Source of the DNA: Raphidiopsis brookii D9 | GTDB lineage: Bacteria > Cyanobacteriota > Cyanobacteriia > Cyanobacteriales > Nostocaceae | DNA length: 20,392 nucleotides | Direction of reading: 5' to 3' | Assembly (NCBI GenBank): GCA_000175855.1 | Contig: ACYB01000023.1 | Coordinates: 1-20,392 of the forward strand | Shown: piece by piece, positions 1 to 8,376 of the stretch | Position numbering within the stretch: the stretch's first letter is position 1 | Layout: every line of letters starts with the position of its first letter | The notes under the pieces: model-generated | Seen by the model: the letters and a program-made list of their open reading frames with translations, nothing else | What the model was told of the DNA's origin: nothing | Database searches by the model: none | Position numbers and translations under genes: made by a program

Positions 1-325
1 GGCACCGAGGTTCCCGACGATTTTACTAGCCTTCCAGCCATTTTCCTTGACCTTCGGAATTTTTTCGTTATTCACTGATTTTATTGTCATATTTATTTCT
101 CATTTTATCATTAGTTTAACTATAAAATTTATCAATAAATTATTCTAAAAGTATTTTATGCCGCTGCTTTATCTATTAACCCAATGATAAATCATAACAG
201 TAATAAAAAGCACAAACTTAATAATTTGTGCGATCGCACTCAACTTACCCTCATGCCCAACGCCCTCTAGCATCTCCGAAAAATTACCTTCACTTATTAT
301 AAACAATAGCTTATACTTTTTCAGT

Positions 326-454
326 ATGGTTCATCAGTCTTATGCACTTCTGGCACTTAGGGTACGATATGGAACTAGAGATATTCCTAAAAGGGAATAT
401 AATAGCTTTATTGATAGACTAAGAAGTCTAGCGTTACATAAGCAAGCTAGTTAA
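326..454 (+). CDS. Possible small ORF (42 aa, MVHQSYALLALRVRYGTRDIPKREYNSFIDRLRSLALHKQAS)
   Basis: Manual translation of an open frame just upstream of the 512-745 ORF, same strand; no family recognised. Confidence 0.25.
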   Translation: MVHQSYALLALRVRYGTRDIPKREYNSFIDRLRSLALHKQAS

Positions 455-511
455 AAAAATTGGGAAGTGGGGACTTTCCAATTTGACATCAAAACCAAGA
501 GGGATAAAAAT

Positions 512-745
512 ATGGCGCGACCCGGTGGAAACCCTGAACTAAAAAAATATCAGTTTTCCTGTGAAGGAGAACCGAATAATGCTCAGTTACACATCTGGAT
601 TACTAAATCTCTGTTAGCTAGACTTAACAATAAATTTGGAGCTAATAGGAACAAGTGGATTAGAGAAACTCTCATAAAAACACTAGATGAGATTGATAAA
701 AATCCAAATAAAGAAGATTCTTATCCGGACAATAACCCTAGCTAG
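512..745 (+). CDS. Small hypothetical protein, possibly ribbon-helix-helix-like (77 aa from internal ATG; track ORF starts at 467)
   Basis: Starts MARPGGNPELKKYQF; segment LHIWITKSLLARLNNKFGANRNKWIRETLIKTLDE has a strand-helix-helix look. Internal ATG at 512 looks like a more natural start than 467. Confidence 0.5.
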   Translation: MARPGGNPELKKYQFSCEGEPNNAQLHIWITKSLLARLNNKFGANRNKWIRETLIKTLDEIDKNPNKEDSYPDNNPS

Positions 746-983
746 TGATAAATTTTGGGGTTATCTATTAGCTTTAAAAACCTCTTTTGCGCATGAAATC
801 CTCCCGATTAGTGAAACTTCACTAGGATGAGTTTCTCCAGCTGTTAGTATACATTTACCAAAAACAGTAATATTAATTTACAGCTGGATAAACTTTATCC
901 TTTGCTCCTTTGATAAACTATTCAGAAAGTTAGGTACTGGATAGGGTGATTGGGGAAATATTTTATCATTGCAGCAGGTATTG

Positions 984-2396
984 TCACAAATCATAATTAT
1001 GAATATATTTTTTCAGCTCTTCATGTACAGACGACATGAGACTTGCCTTTTCTAATGAGTTAAATTCCTGTTTGGTAATAAAGTTTAAACAACTGATAAT
1101 TTTATTTTGCCACTGGCTATAATCCTTAGCTTTCCATATTTCAAATACTTCTTGTTGTTCTTTTAAGCCTCTTAAATTATGAAATAGGTCATTTCTTTGT
1201 TTGGATGTATGATCTCTAAATATTCTTATATCTGGACTCGATTCCCAGTTTGGTAAAACTGAATCAATTAAATCACGAATATTTTTGTGTTCATAATATT
1301 GGGTATCTCTATCTCTTAATAAACCTTCAATAGCACGAAAACTATGAAATAAAGATTCTACATAGTCACCTTGCCTAAATCTGACTACAGCTAGGTAACC
1401 AGCTTCATAACCCATCCACCACCATTGCTGGGTCCGGTTTTTAGTTTCTTGATTGATGGCATTTATGGCTTTGCCAAAATCACCCAAATTAGTATTATTC
1501 CAATCAATGGCTATTGCCAGTAATTTTTCTATCAATTCTTTGGTTCTTGTTTTATTAGCTTCCAAAGACTGATTGTTAGATTGACTTTTCCAAAGGTGAT
1601 TTTTAAATATTTTTTCTACTCCATGGTAATCATATCTATCTAGTAGTTCTTTAGCTTCTTGTATTCTTAGTCCAATGAGATAGTTGGAGATCGGAACAGT
1701 AGTTATGTCTTTTTGATATTCATTACTGACTAAAAACTCGACCTGGGTTTCAAATTTGGCTAAGCTGGCAAACTGTACTGCTGAAGAAATGGCTGGGGTA
1801 CCTGCTTGGTGACTAACAAAAATTTTCTCTTTTTTATTGATGTTGTTAATATTTTGCTCAAATAATCTGTTTACTAATCTTAAACACTTATCCCAGTTAT
1901 CTATACCTTCACTGGGGGAGCTAGGTTCTATTTCTAGGTACTCAATTTCTCCTTTAAATTGGGAGAATTTTTCTTGAAAATATTTTTTAAAAATTGGTTT
2001 TAATTTACAGGTATCTTGCCAATAGGGACATTTAGGATCTTGTATTTCTTCTGAGGTAAAGACATTTTTTTGATTTGTTAGTATCATAATAATTCTCTCT
2101 ACACCTAAATTTTTATGGTTGTTTTGAGATTTTAAGTGTTCTGTAAAATTATCTAGGAGCGGAAATGATAAATCCTCAAAGTTATCATCTAGTTGATCTT
2201 CATATACTATTCCTAAAACTCTAGCAGCAGTGCTATAACCTGCATCTTGATTTCTAGGATCTATACGATTGAGAGATCCAAAATGCCAACAGTCTAATTT
2301 ATCTGCTTCTTGTGCTTGTTCATATAGTCTGGACCAACTATAATCCTCTTTGAGGATGACATCACTATTACCAGCTGTCACTATCCAAATAGTCAT
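984..2396 (-). CDS. CARF-HEPN protein (Csm6/Csx1-like), putative cyclic-oligoadenylate-activated ribonuclease
   Basis: N-terminus MTIWIVTAGNSDV and IFVSHQAGTPAISSAVQFASLA resemble CARF nucleotide-binding motifs; C-terminal RNDLFH (nt 1179-1196) fits the HEPN Rx4H motif; last gene of the cmr operon. Confidence 0.8.
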   Translation of the reverse strand: MTIWIVTAGNSDVILKEDYSWSRLYEQAQEADKLDCWHFGSLNRIDPRNQDAGYSTAARVLGIVYEDQLDDNFEDLSFPLLDNFTEHLKSQNNHKNLGVERIIMILTNQKNVFTSEEIQDPKCPYWQDTCKLKPIFKKYFQEKFSQFKGEIEYLEIEPSSPSEGIDNWDKCLRLVNRLFEQNINNINKKEKIFVSHQAGTPAISSAVQFASLAKFETQVEFLVSNEYQKDITTVPISNYLIGLRIQEAKELLDRYDYHGVEKIFKNHLWKSQSNNQSLEANKTRTKELIEKLLAIAIDWNNTNLGDFGKAINAINQETKNRTQQWWWMGYEAGYLAVVRFRQGDYVESLFHSFRAIEGLLRDRDTQYYEHKNIRDLIDSVLPNWESSPDIRIFRDHTSKQRNDLFHNLRGLKEQQEVFEIWKAKDYSQWQNKIISCLNFITKQEFNSLEKASLMSSVHEELKKYIHNYDL

Positions 2397-2484
2397 TTTT
2401 TAACTCCTAAACTTTTCATTTTTGTTGATAAGAAAATCTCTCCCATTATGATCTTATCTTAAAAGGAGAGATACCTAATAGTTA

Positions 2485-4128
2485 TTAACCTCCCCATAAT
2501 TTGGTAAATTCGCTGTTTGGGGTGGCTAAAAAATCCAGAAATTGTCTGGTCCTATCATTTCCGTCTGGAAAAATTGTTAGTAACTCTACGTATTCTGATC
2601 CAACTCGACGAATGCTTCCCTCTTTTGTTTTTTTGTAATGGGGATACATACGATGATAAATTCTGCCAATATTACCCATTCTACCAGTTAAACTGGACCC
2701 TTTGATTGATTGTGATTGAGTGTTATTTTCAAGGTATGGACCGTGAAACCAACCCACGGCTAAACTATCATCTTCATCATCGGCTAAACGTCCCCAAATC
2801 TGCACATTCTGACGGTGAAAAGATTCTATCCAGGGACCCTTTTGATCAGTTATTTTTTTACCTCTAAAGGTTAACCAATCTCTGACACTCTGATGAACAT
2901 TATCAATGATATCTCTAACATGTTCAATCTTGTTAACAGGAAAATAATACTTAGAGGATTGCTCAGTAAATTCCCAGTGACAACCAATCATGGGTTTATT
3001 CTCTCTTTCTAAATATTCGGGGAAAAAGATTCTATGATCTACCCTACGCCAGGATTTACCAAAACCACCGATTAACAAAGTAAAGCGCAAAATTTTTGTC
3101 GCCAAAGATTTCAGTTTATTTCTATATTCGGTGGAATGATTTTTCATGGCAAGAATATTTAAAGTACCTCTCTTTAAATCATATATTGGCATGGCAACTC
3201 TATTATATCTAAACCTACCCATCTCCAATTCTTGAGCATGAAAAGCAATGCCTAAATCTCCCACAATTGCACCCCTAGCTCCTGCGAATCCTCCCCACAA
3301 TTCTTTGGTTAATTCTTCCGCTGTCCTCTCATCGGTGACTGCACTAAATAACCGCAGAGTATGACCACGTAAAGCTGCTTTAAACATGTTCGGGCGAAAT
3401 TCAGGGGTACCGTCTATATCTATTAATTTTGAAGCTAGACCTGTTCCCTTTAATTCCACACTGATTAATTGAGTTTCTGGATGATTGATAGTTTGACCAT
3501 AGCCAGCACTGACTCTGGAACCTATACCCTTTCCTATTGCTCTCTCCCAAATACTCCAAATAGTTGCCCACTCATCATCATCCAGTTGAATAGCACTGGA
3601 AATACCAAAGACTAACATTGGTTGATGGAGAGAAACTTGTAAAAAAGCAGAATGATTTCCATTATGTCTGACTTGCCATTCTTGTTGAGGATGAACTATG
3701 TCAATTAATGGTGCTTGAGACCAGTTTCTATCTGAAGGATATGCACCGTGAAAACGCAAAATCCCTGGTTGAGTGTCATTCGCCTTTTGGGCTCCACAAT
3801 ATCTCATAGCCTGTTCCTTGGTGCAACTTCTTAAAAATGCTCCTTTCATACTCGCACCGGGATAATAGGGGAAACCATTAGCACCAATTACAGGTCTGAT
3901 GATATCATCATCTTGTCCACTATTAGAAACAAAACGCCAAGAAATCTGGTATTCTCTGGTCTGAACATGATCACCAAATCTAGGTCGGTTTACGTTTACA
4001 GCTTCACTCCATTCGTTAACCCATCTTTCTGACTGTTGTGGTTCTTGGGCATATTGAATTTGTCCTCTTCCTTTAATTTGTGCTTGGAACATTAAAGGTA
4101 CTTCATTAGTATTCACCATCACTATCAC
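2485..4128 (-). CDS. cmr6: Type III-B RAMP protein Cmr6, with a C-terminal Cmr1-like half
   Basis: 547 aa. N-terminal half: FPYYPGASMKGAFLRS, PLIDIVHPQ, WERAIGKGIGSRVSAGYGQ (Cmr6/RAMP motifs). C-terminal half: FRPNMFKAALRGHTLRLFSA...LWGG and LRFTLLIGGFGKSWRR (Cmr1-like motifs). In operon with cmr5. Confidence 0.8.
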   Translation of the reverse strand: MIVMVNTNEVPLMFQAQIKGRGQIQYAQEPQQSERWVNEWSEAVNVNRPRFGDHVQTREYQISWRFVSNSGQDDDIIRPVIGANGFPYYPGASMKGAFLRSCTKEQAMRYCGAQKANDTQPGILRFHGAYPSDRNWSQAPLIDIVHPQQEWQVRHNGNHSAFLQVSLHQPMLVFGISSAIQLDDDEWATIWSIWERAIGKGIGSRVSAGYGQTINHPETQLISVELKGTGLASKLIDIDGTPEFRPNMFKAALRGHTLRLFSAVTDERTAEELTKELWGGFAGARGAIVGDLGIAFHAQELEMGRFRYNRVAMPIYDLKRGTLNILAMKNHSTEYRNKLKSLATKILRFTLLIGGFGKSWRRVDHRIFFPEYLERENKPMIGCHWEFTEQSSKYYFPVNKIEHVRDIIDNVHQSVRDWLTFRGKKITDQKGPWIESFHRQNVQIWGRLADDEDDSLAVGWFHGPYLENNTQSQSIKGSSLTGRMGNIGRIYHRMYPHYKKTKEGSIRRVGSEYVELLTIFPDGNDRTRQFLDFLATPNSEFTKLWGG

Positions 4129-4531
4129 CTCTATTTTTATAACGTTGAGTCCACCAAACTAGACTGTCACAAAATTGGGTCAAAACTGCTAAACAAATCC
4201 GCTGATCTTCAATAGATAAACTCCACAATCTACTGGCATAATCCTGCACTACTCTAGTATTAGCTGTATCTACTTCTTCCTGAGGTAATTGGATACCTGC
4301 TGTTTTCATAATGTTTACGAAGGCTTTCCAAGTGGCTTGCCAATATTTACCTTTTTCTTTCTCATCATCATTTTTACCTAGCAGTCGCAACTGCTCACCC
4401 CAAAATCTTTCCAGTCCATAGGCTACGGTGCTACGCATTTTGTGGGATTGACCAATTACACCCTGTTTACCACGATAGAATAGAACTAATTTTTGGGCTT
4501 CTCGGTCCAGGTTATAAGACTTCCAACTCAT
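4106..4531 (-). CDS. cmr5: Type III-B CRISPR small subunit Cmr5
   Basis: 141 aa, mostly helical, includes AYGLERFWGEQL; lies between cmr4 and cmr6 and overlaps the cmr6 start by 23 nt. Confidence 0.75.
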   Translation of the reverse strand: MSWKSYNLDREAQKLVLFYRGKQGVIGQSHKMRSTVAYGLERFWGEQLRLLGKNDDEKEKGKYWQATWKAFVNIMKTAGIQLPQEEVDTANTRVVQDYASRLWSLSIEDQRICLAVLTQFCDSLVWWTQRYKNRGDSDGEY

Positions 4532-4555
4532 ATTTTACACTTCCTTTTTTTACAT

Positions 4556-5424
4556 TTAGTTAATATTTACTTGACCTTTGAGTGTCAATTCACAATGACC
4601 AAAACCTATGGACTCTAAACCCCCTAAATAAATGTCAGCTTTATCCCCACTCGCAAATGGTTGGAATTTTTGGTTTTTAGATTGGTCAGATTTGTCTTCT
4701 CTGATAGCTAGGGGAAATACTAAAATTGTCCCCTCTGGCAATGCTTCAGTATTGAAAAACCACCGCCTTCAACTACTTTTTGTTCTGATTTTAAACGGAC
4801 ACGACTTTGACGATATAATGCCATATCGTGAATCATTCCAATGTCTCCATCATTGACGATTACTGCTGGTCTTTCTTGCAGGTCAGGAAACCAGGGGGAT
4901 AAATTTTTGGTTGTGTTAATTTCTAGGAACCCGAGGTTAAAGAAGATGGTTTTTCTACCTCCTGGTGCTTGTTTGGCAATCAATTTCTCTCCACCTGTAT
5001 ATGGATCTGGTATGGGAATGTCTTTGAGGTATTTATCCTTACCCTCCTTTATTTGCACTTGAATACTATCTCCAGCTATGCGCTGATAGCGTTTCAATAA
5101 CCTTGGGGAACTTACCCAGACGATGGGTTGACCTGGACAGAAAACGGGAATCCAAATAATGGAAGCATATTCAAATTTGACGATAGATTCGTTATTACTA
5201 TCATCGTCTGCTCCATTTCCATACCAGTAATTAGCTTCTGATTCTCCTTTACTATTACGCATTTCAGCACGCAATCGACCGCGAATAGAACTACCGGGAA
5301 TAATTCCAGTTTGGGTAAATTGGTCGCGGAAAATTAGGTTTAAATTACCACTTTCTTCTCCTGCGGTAGCACCCACATGAAGCGGTGCTAGGGTTTCAAT
5401 AATACCATAGGCTTTTGTGTACAT
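4556..5424 (-). pseudogene. cmr4: Type III-B RAMP protein Cmr4, interrupted by an apparent frameshift (ORFs 5424-4720 and 4741-4556)
   Basis: N-part LAPLHVGATAGEESGNLNLIFRDQFTQTGIIPGSSIRGRLR; C-part LPEGTILVFPLAIR...GLESIGFGHCELTL. The two join as ...GGGF-F-NTEALPEGTILVF if one base is added to the A5 run at 4755-4759. Confidence 0.85.
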
Positions 5425-5425
5425 T

Positions 5426-6470
5426 TTAGTTAACTCCCTGAATTGTTATTGGTAAACACAAACCACAACCGACTTTTTTGAGACTGTAACCCTCTTCGGG
5501 AAACCATTTTTCATTCCATTCCCACCATGATTGATTAATTGGTTCTTTGAGGATGTAAACACTACCTGCGGGTACAGCATAACGTCCCCTCCCTAGGGTT
5601 CCCTGGGAACGAAACCGGTAGGGAACAGGTTTATCTGTGAGCATCTGCATCACCTGGGGGAATTGATGATTGTTGTTATGACCATGATTATCACCATGAT
5701 GGGGAATATCATGATCACTGTCATTGCTGTATAGAGGTTGACGTTGAGAAATCCGGTTAGAACCCCAAACTGCTGGTGTAATTAAGGCAAAACTTTTACT
5801 GATGGGTTGATGGAAAAGTTTGGTGATTTCCGCAGGTAGTTTTTTGGATTCTATTTGTACAATGTGATTTTCACCTCCAAATTTATACCACCCTGACTCT
5901 ATGGGGTAGGTGGATAAATAAATTAAACAAATGTCATCGGGAAGCTGAACTGAGTTTTCTAAAAACAGTCCATCTGTTTTTTCTACACATCTTTCTGCTG
6001 TTTGAATTTTGGGATGGAGAAAGGAAACAAATTTCCAGGGATTGGTGGCAACTGCGTCATTTTTGACTAGTTCTTGGCTGGATATTTGCCAGGACTTGAT
6101 CGTTTGCCATTGATAATCAGATTCTAGTTTTTCTTTGTTTTTTTTCCAAGTACCATTCTTCTTTTTCTACGCTCCATTCTCGAACTTCTTTTTGGGTGAT
6201 GATTTTATGTTTGGGTATGGGAACAAAAAAGTTATTTTTATCTTGAGATTTTGCCCAAAAAGGTCCTGCTACATACAGATTATCCCTTAATTCAGACTGG
6301 GATAATTTGTTTTTGACCTTGTTAATGCTAAACATAAGACCTGCTAAGGTAGAAGCATCGGGAGGAAATTTAGCACCAGAACGACCAACTAAATTTTCGG
6401 GGGATAAAAATGCCCCCGCACTCCCATACATAAATCCCAGAGGACTAATACTAATCAAGTATTTGAACAT
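5426..6470 (-). pseudogene. cmr3: Type III-B protein Cmr3, interrupted by an apparent frameshift (N-part ends 6117; C-part continues open to 5426)
   Basis: N-terminus MFKYLISISPLGFMYGSAGAFLSPENLVGRSGAKFPP; C-terminus TLGRGRYAVPAGSVYIL. Manual translation of the third frame from about 6140 to 5653 has no stop, reading KEKLESDYQWQTIKSWQISSQELV...GLFLE...ALITPAVWGSNRISQ...HHGDNHGHNNNHQFPQVMQMLTDKPVPYRF. Confidence 0.85.
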
Positions 6471-8041
6471 AAGTGCCAACCTACTTTAACTAAATCTGTA
6501 ATCCAATCGACAATGGCTTTTGCTCTGTCTATTTCATTACTACCATCGGGATATCCCGACAGATGTTGGGCAAATTTATCCCGTTCTCTTTCGCTATCTT
6601 GAATTAATTTTTTACCTTCACCGGGAAAGTAAAGATCAAAAAATTCTAAGGCAGTTTGTTTGACAATTCGCGCTTCACTGGGGGTTTCAATGGTGAGCGC
6701 TCGTCGAGATTCTAAGTAGGCTAAGTCTTGATAAATATGACTCCAATTAGATTCTTGTTCTCGATCTCGATATTTGTCTAAAATATCTAAGTAATCCCAG
6801 GGACAGGTCCACTGAATGTATTGACCGCTATTAAATGCTACTCGAATGGTGACTCTATCTCTTCCTAGGGACTTAGCCGTTTTTTCAGCTTCTCGACAAT
6901 GTTGTAAAACATCTCTCTGGGGTACGCTACCAGCTACCCACACAAAACCTACACTTAGGGTAATTTTTTGTTCGTGTTTTTGCCATGTTTTTGGTAGATC
7001 TTGTAACCATTGGTAAGCTGTAGAGGGAGCAATTTTTTCCCTGGGATACTCATCACTATAAATGATTCCTAAAAAATCATCACCTCCAGCATAAACTACT
7101 CTACCTAATTTTTGTCTTAGGTTGAATTCATCATCAAATCTTTTACCCCATTTCCGCATGGCTTGACTAAAGTTTTTGATTTCATCGTCGGGATTTTCTC
7201 CACTGGCTAATTGCTGTAAATGAGCTCCTACTCTGTCGCCATCTCCCATAAACCATCCCGTCCACTGTCCCTTTGTGGTTTCTGTGGGTTTACGTTGAAT
7301 TTCTCTGAAACCTACATGCAGTGATTCTATACCAATTTTTTGTTGAATTGGTTTCCAGGTTACCAGACGTTTAACCAGTTCAGGAATACTCAGTTTTTCA
7401 TTCAGTGCAATAAATTTGCCTTCTGGATTTTCTTCTTCTTCATTTTCAGTGACTCTTGCTAGATGTTCATAAAATCCTCGAATTCCTTGGTCTTCCCATC
7501 CATAATTTAGATTTTTAGGATTGCGATGACTAGCACCTAATTCGGGAAAAGCAATACCATCAGTACCGGTTAAACTGGAACTTTCACCAATCCAATTGAT
7601 GGCACTCCAGTCACGGGACAATTTTTTTGTTTCTAAATTGTTCATAGCACCAGCAATGCTATCTCCCACCCCTCGGAATATTTCCCAAGTGTGAGAACCC
7701 CATAAATTCCATTCTCTTTCCCAGTAATAGGAATTTTGAATTTCAGTTTCTATCCACTCTCGACAAATTTTCAATACTTCTTTCCAGGCTGAAATTATAA
7801 TGTCTCTTGCTGTTTCTTGACTCATTTCTCCCCTCATTAAAATCCGGTTTGGCATTCCTTTTTGTAAGTTGGGAAGTGCAGGGGAGATCAGCTCCAGGTC
7901 TGTCTGTTGATTAACATAACTGGCTATTTTTTGACTTAAGTATGATAAAATCAAGGATGCACCGTATAGATCACGCAATTTTCGCGACTTTTCTATGAAT
8001 CCTTGTACAGGAGCAAAGGTGACGGCAGTGTATTTAGCCAT
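6455..8041 (-). CDS. cmr2: Type III-B Cas10/Cmr2 with GGDD cyclase motif, no evident N-terminal HD domain
   Basis: 528 aa beginning MAKYTAVTFAPVQGFIEKSRKLRDLYGASLILSYLS; palm motif VVYAGGDDFLGIIY (GGDD at nt 7076-7087); first gene of the operon. Confidence 0.92.
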   Translation of the reverse strand: MAKYTAVTFAPVQGFIEKSRKLRDLYGASLILSYLSQKIASYVNQQTDLELISPALPNLQKGMPNRILMRGEMSQETARDIIISAWKEVLKICREWIETEIQNSYYWEREWNLWGSHTWEIFRGVGDSIAGAMNNLETKKLSRDWSAINWIGESSSLTGTDGIAFPELGASHRNPKNLNYGWEDQGIRGFYEHLARVTENEEEENPEGKFIALNEKLSIPELVKRLVTWKPIQQKIGIESLHVGFREIQRKPTETTKGQWTGWFMGDGDRVGAHLQQLASGENPDDEIKNFSQAMRKWGKRFDDEFNLRQKLGRVVYAGGDDFLGIIYSDEYPREKIAPSTAYQWLQDLPKTWQKHEQKITLSVGFVWVAGSVPQRDVLQHCREAEKTAKSLGRDRVTIRVAFNSGQYIQWTCPWDYLDILDKYRDREQESNWSHIYQDLAYLESRRALTIETPSEARIVKQTALEFFDLYFPGEGKKLIQDSERERDKFAQHLSGYPDGSNEIDRAKAIVDWITDLVKVGWHLCSNT

Positions 8042-8175
8042 AATTGGGTGTGTCTTTCACTTGTCTATAATATACATGCTAAAAGTTGTACGGCTTATTT
8101 GTGACACGGTTTGTAACAATTAGTTATATAAGTAAACATTCTTGGTCACAATTATTAAGGTGTTGACTTTTTGGA

Positions 8176-8236
8176 GTAGTTTTTGTGGTAGTTTTCGTAG
8201 ATATATATAGGGATATATCAAGAATTATCAAGAACT
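8176..8236. repeat. Two short imperfect tandem repeats in the divergent intergenic region
   Basis: gtagtttttgtg/gtagttttcgta (8176-8199) and atcaagaatt/atcaagaact (8217-8236), read directly. Confidence 0.4.
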
Positions 8237-8376
8237 ATGAATGTTTTCTGGCTTTGTTAGATTTTGAGTTGCTTGTGTTACGTTTTTATCCTACACTGAG
8301 AATTTGGGTTGTAAATCTCTGCTCATGCGAATGACAAAATTTTGTCGTTCGCTGGAAAACTCTGGATTTCTACCCC

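Noticed and set aside
1-90. Short - strand open stretch MTIKSVNNEKNSEGQGKWLEG* at the left edge
   Set aside because: Too short and terminated by a stop; could be a frameshifted gene start but cannot be supported without flanking sequence.
745-984. Possible CRISPR array in the gap beside the CARF-HEPN gene
   Set aside because: No regularly spaced direct repeats of 28-37 nt found by eye; only one 16-bp palindrome.
2517-2705. 62-aa + strand ORF antisense to cmr6
   Set aside because: Fully antisense to a well-supported CDS, no recognisable motif.
4632-5062. Two + strand ORFs (74 and 73 aa) antisense to cmr4
   Set aside because: Antisense shadows of the frameshifted cmr4; no independent support.
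5653-6140. Possible large deletion in the middle of cmr3, suggested by the ORF track gap
   Set aside because: Manual translation shows this region is open in the C-terminal frame; the gap only reflects lack of a start codon after the frameshift.
6307-6489. 60-aa + strand ORF antisense to cmr3
   Set aside because: Antisense to the conserved Cmr3 N-terminus.
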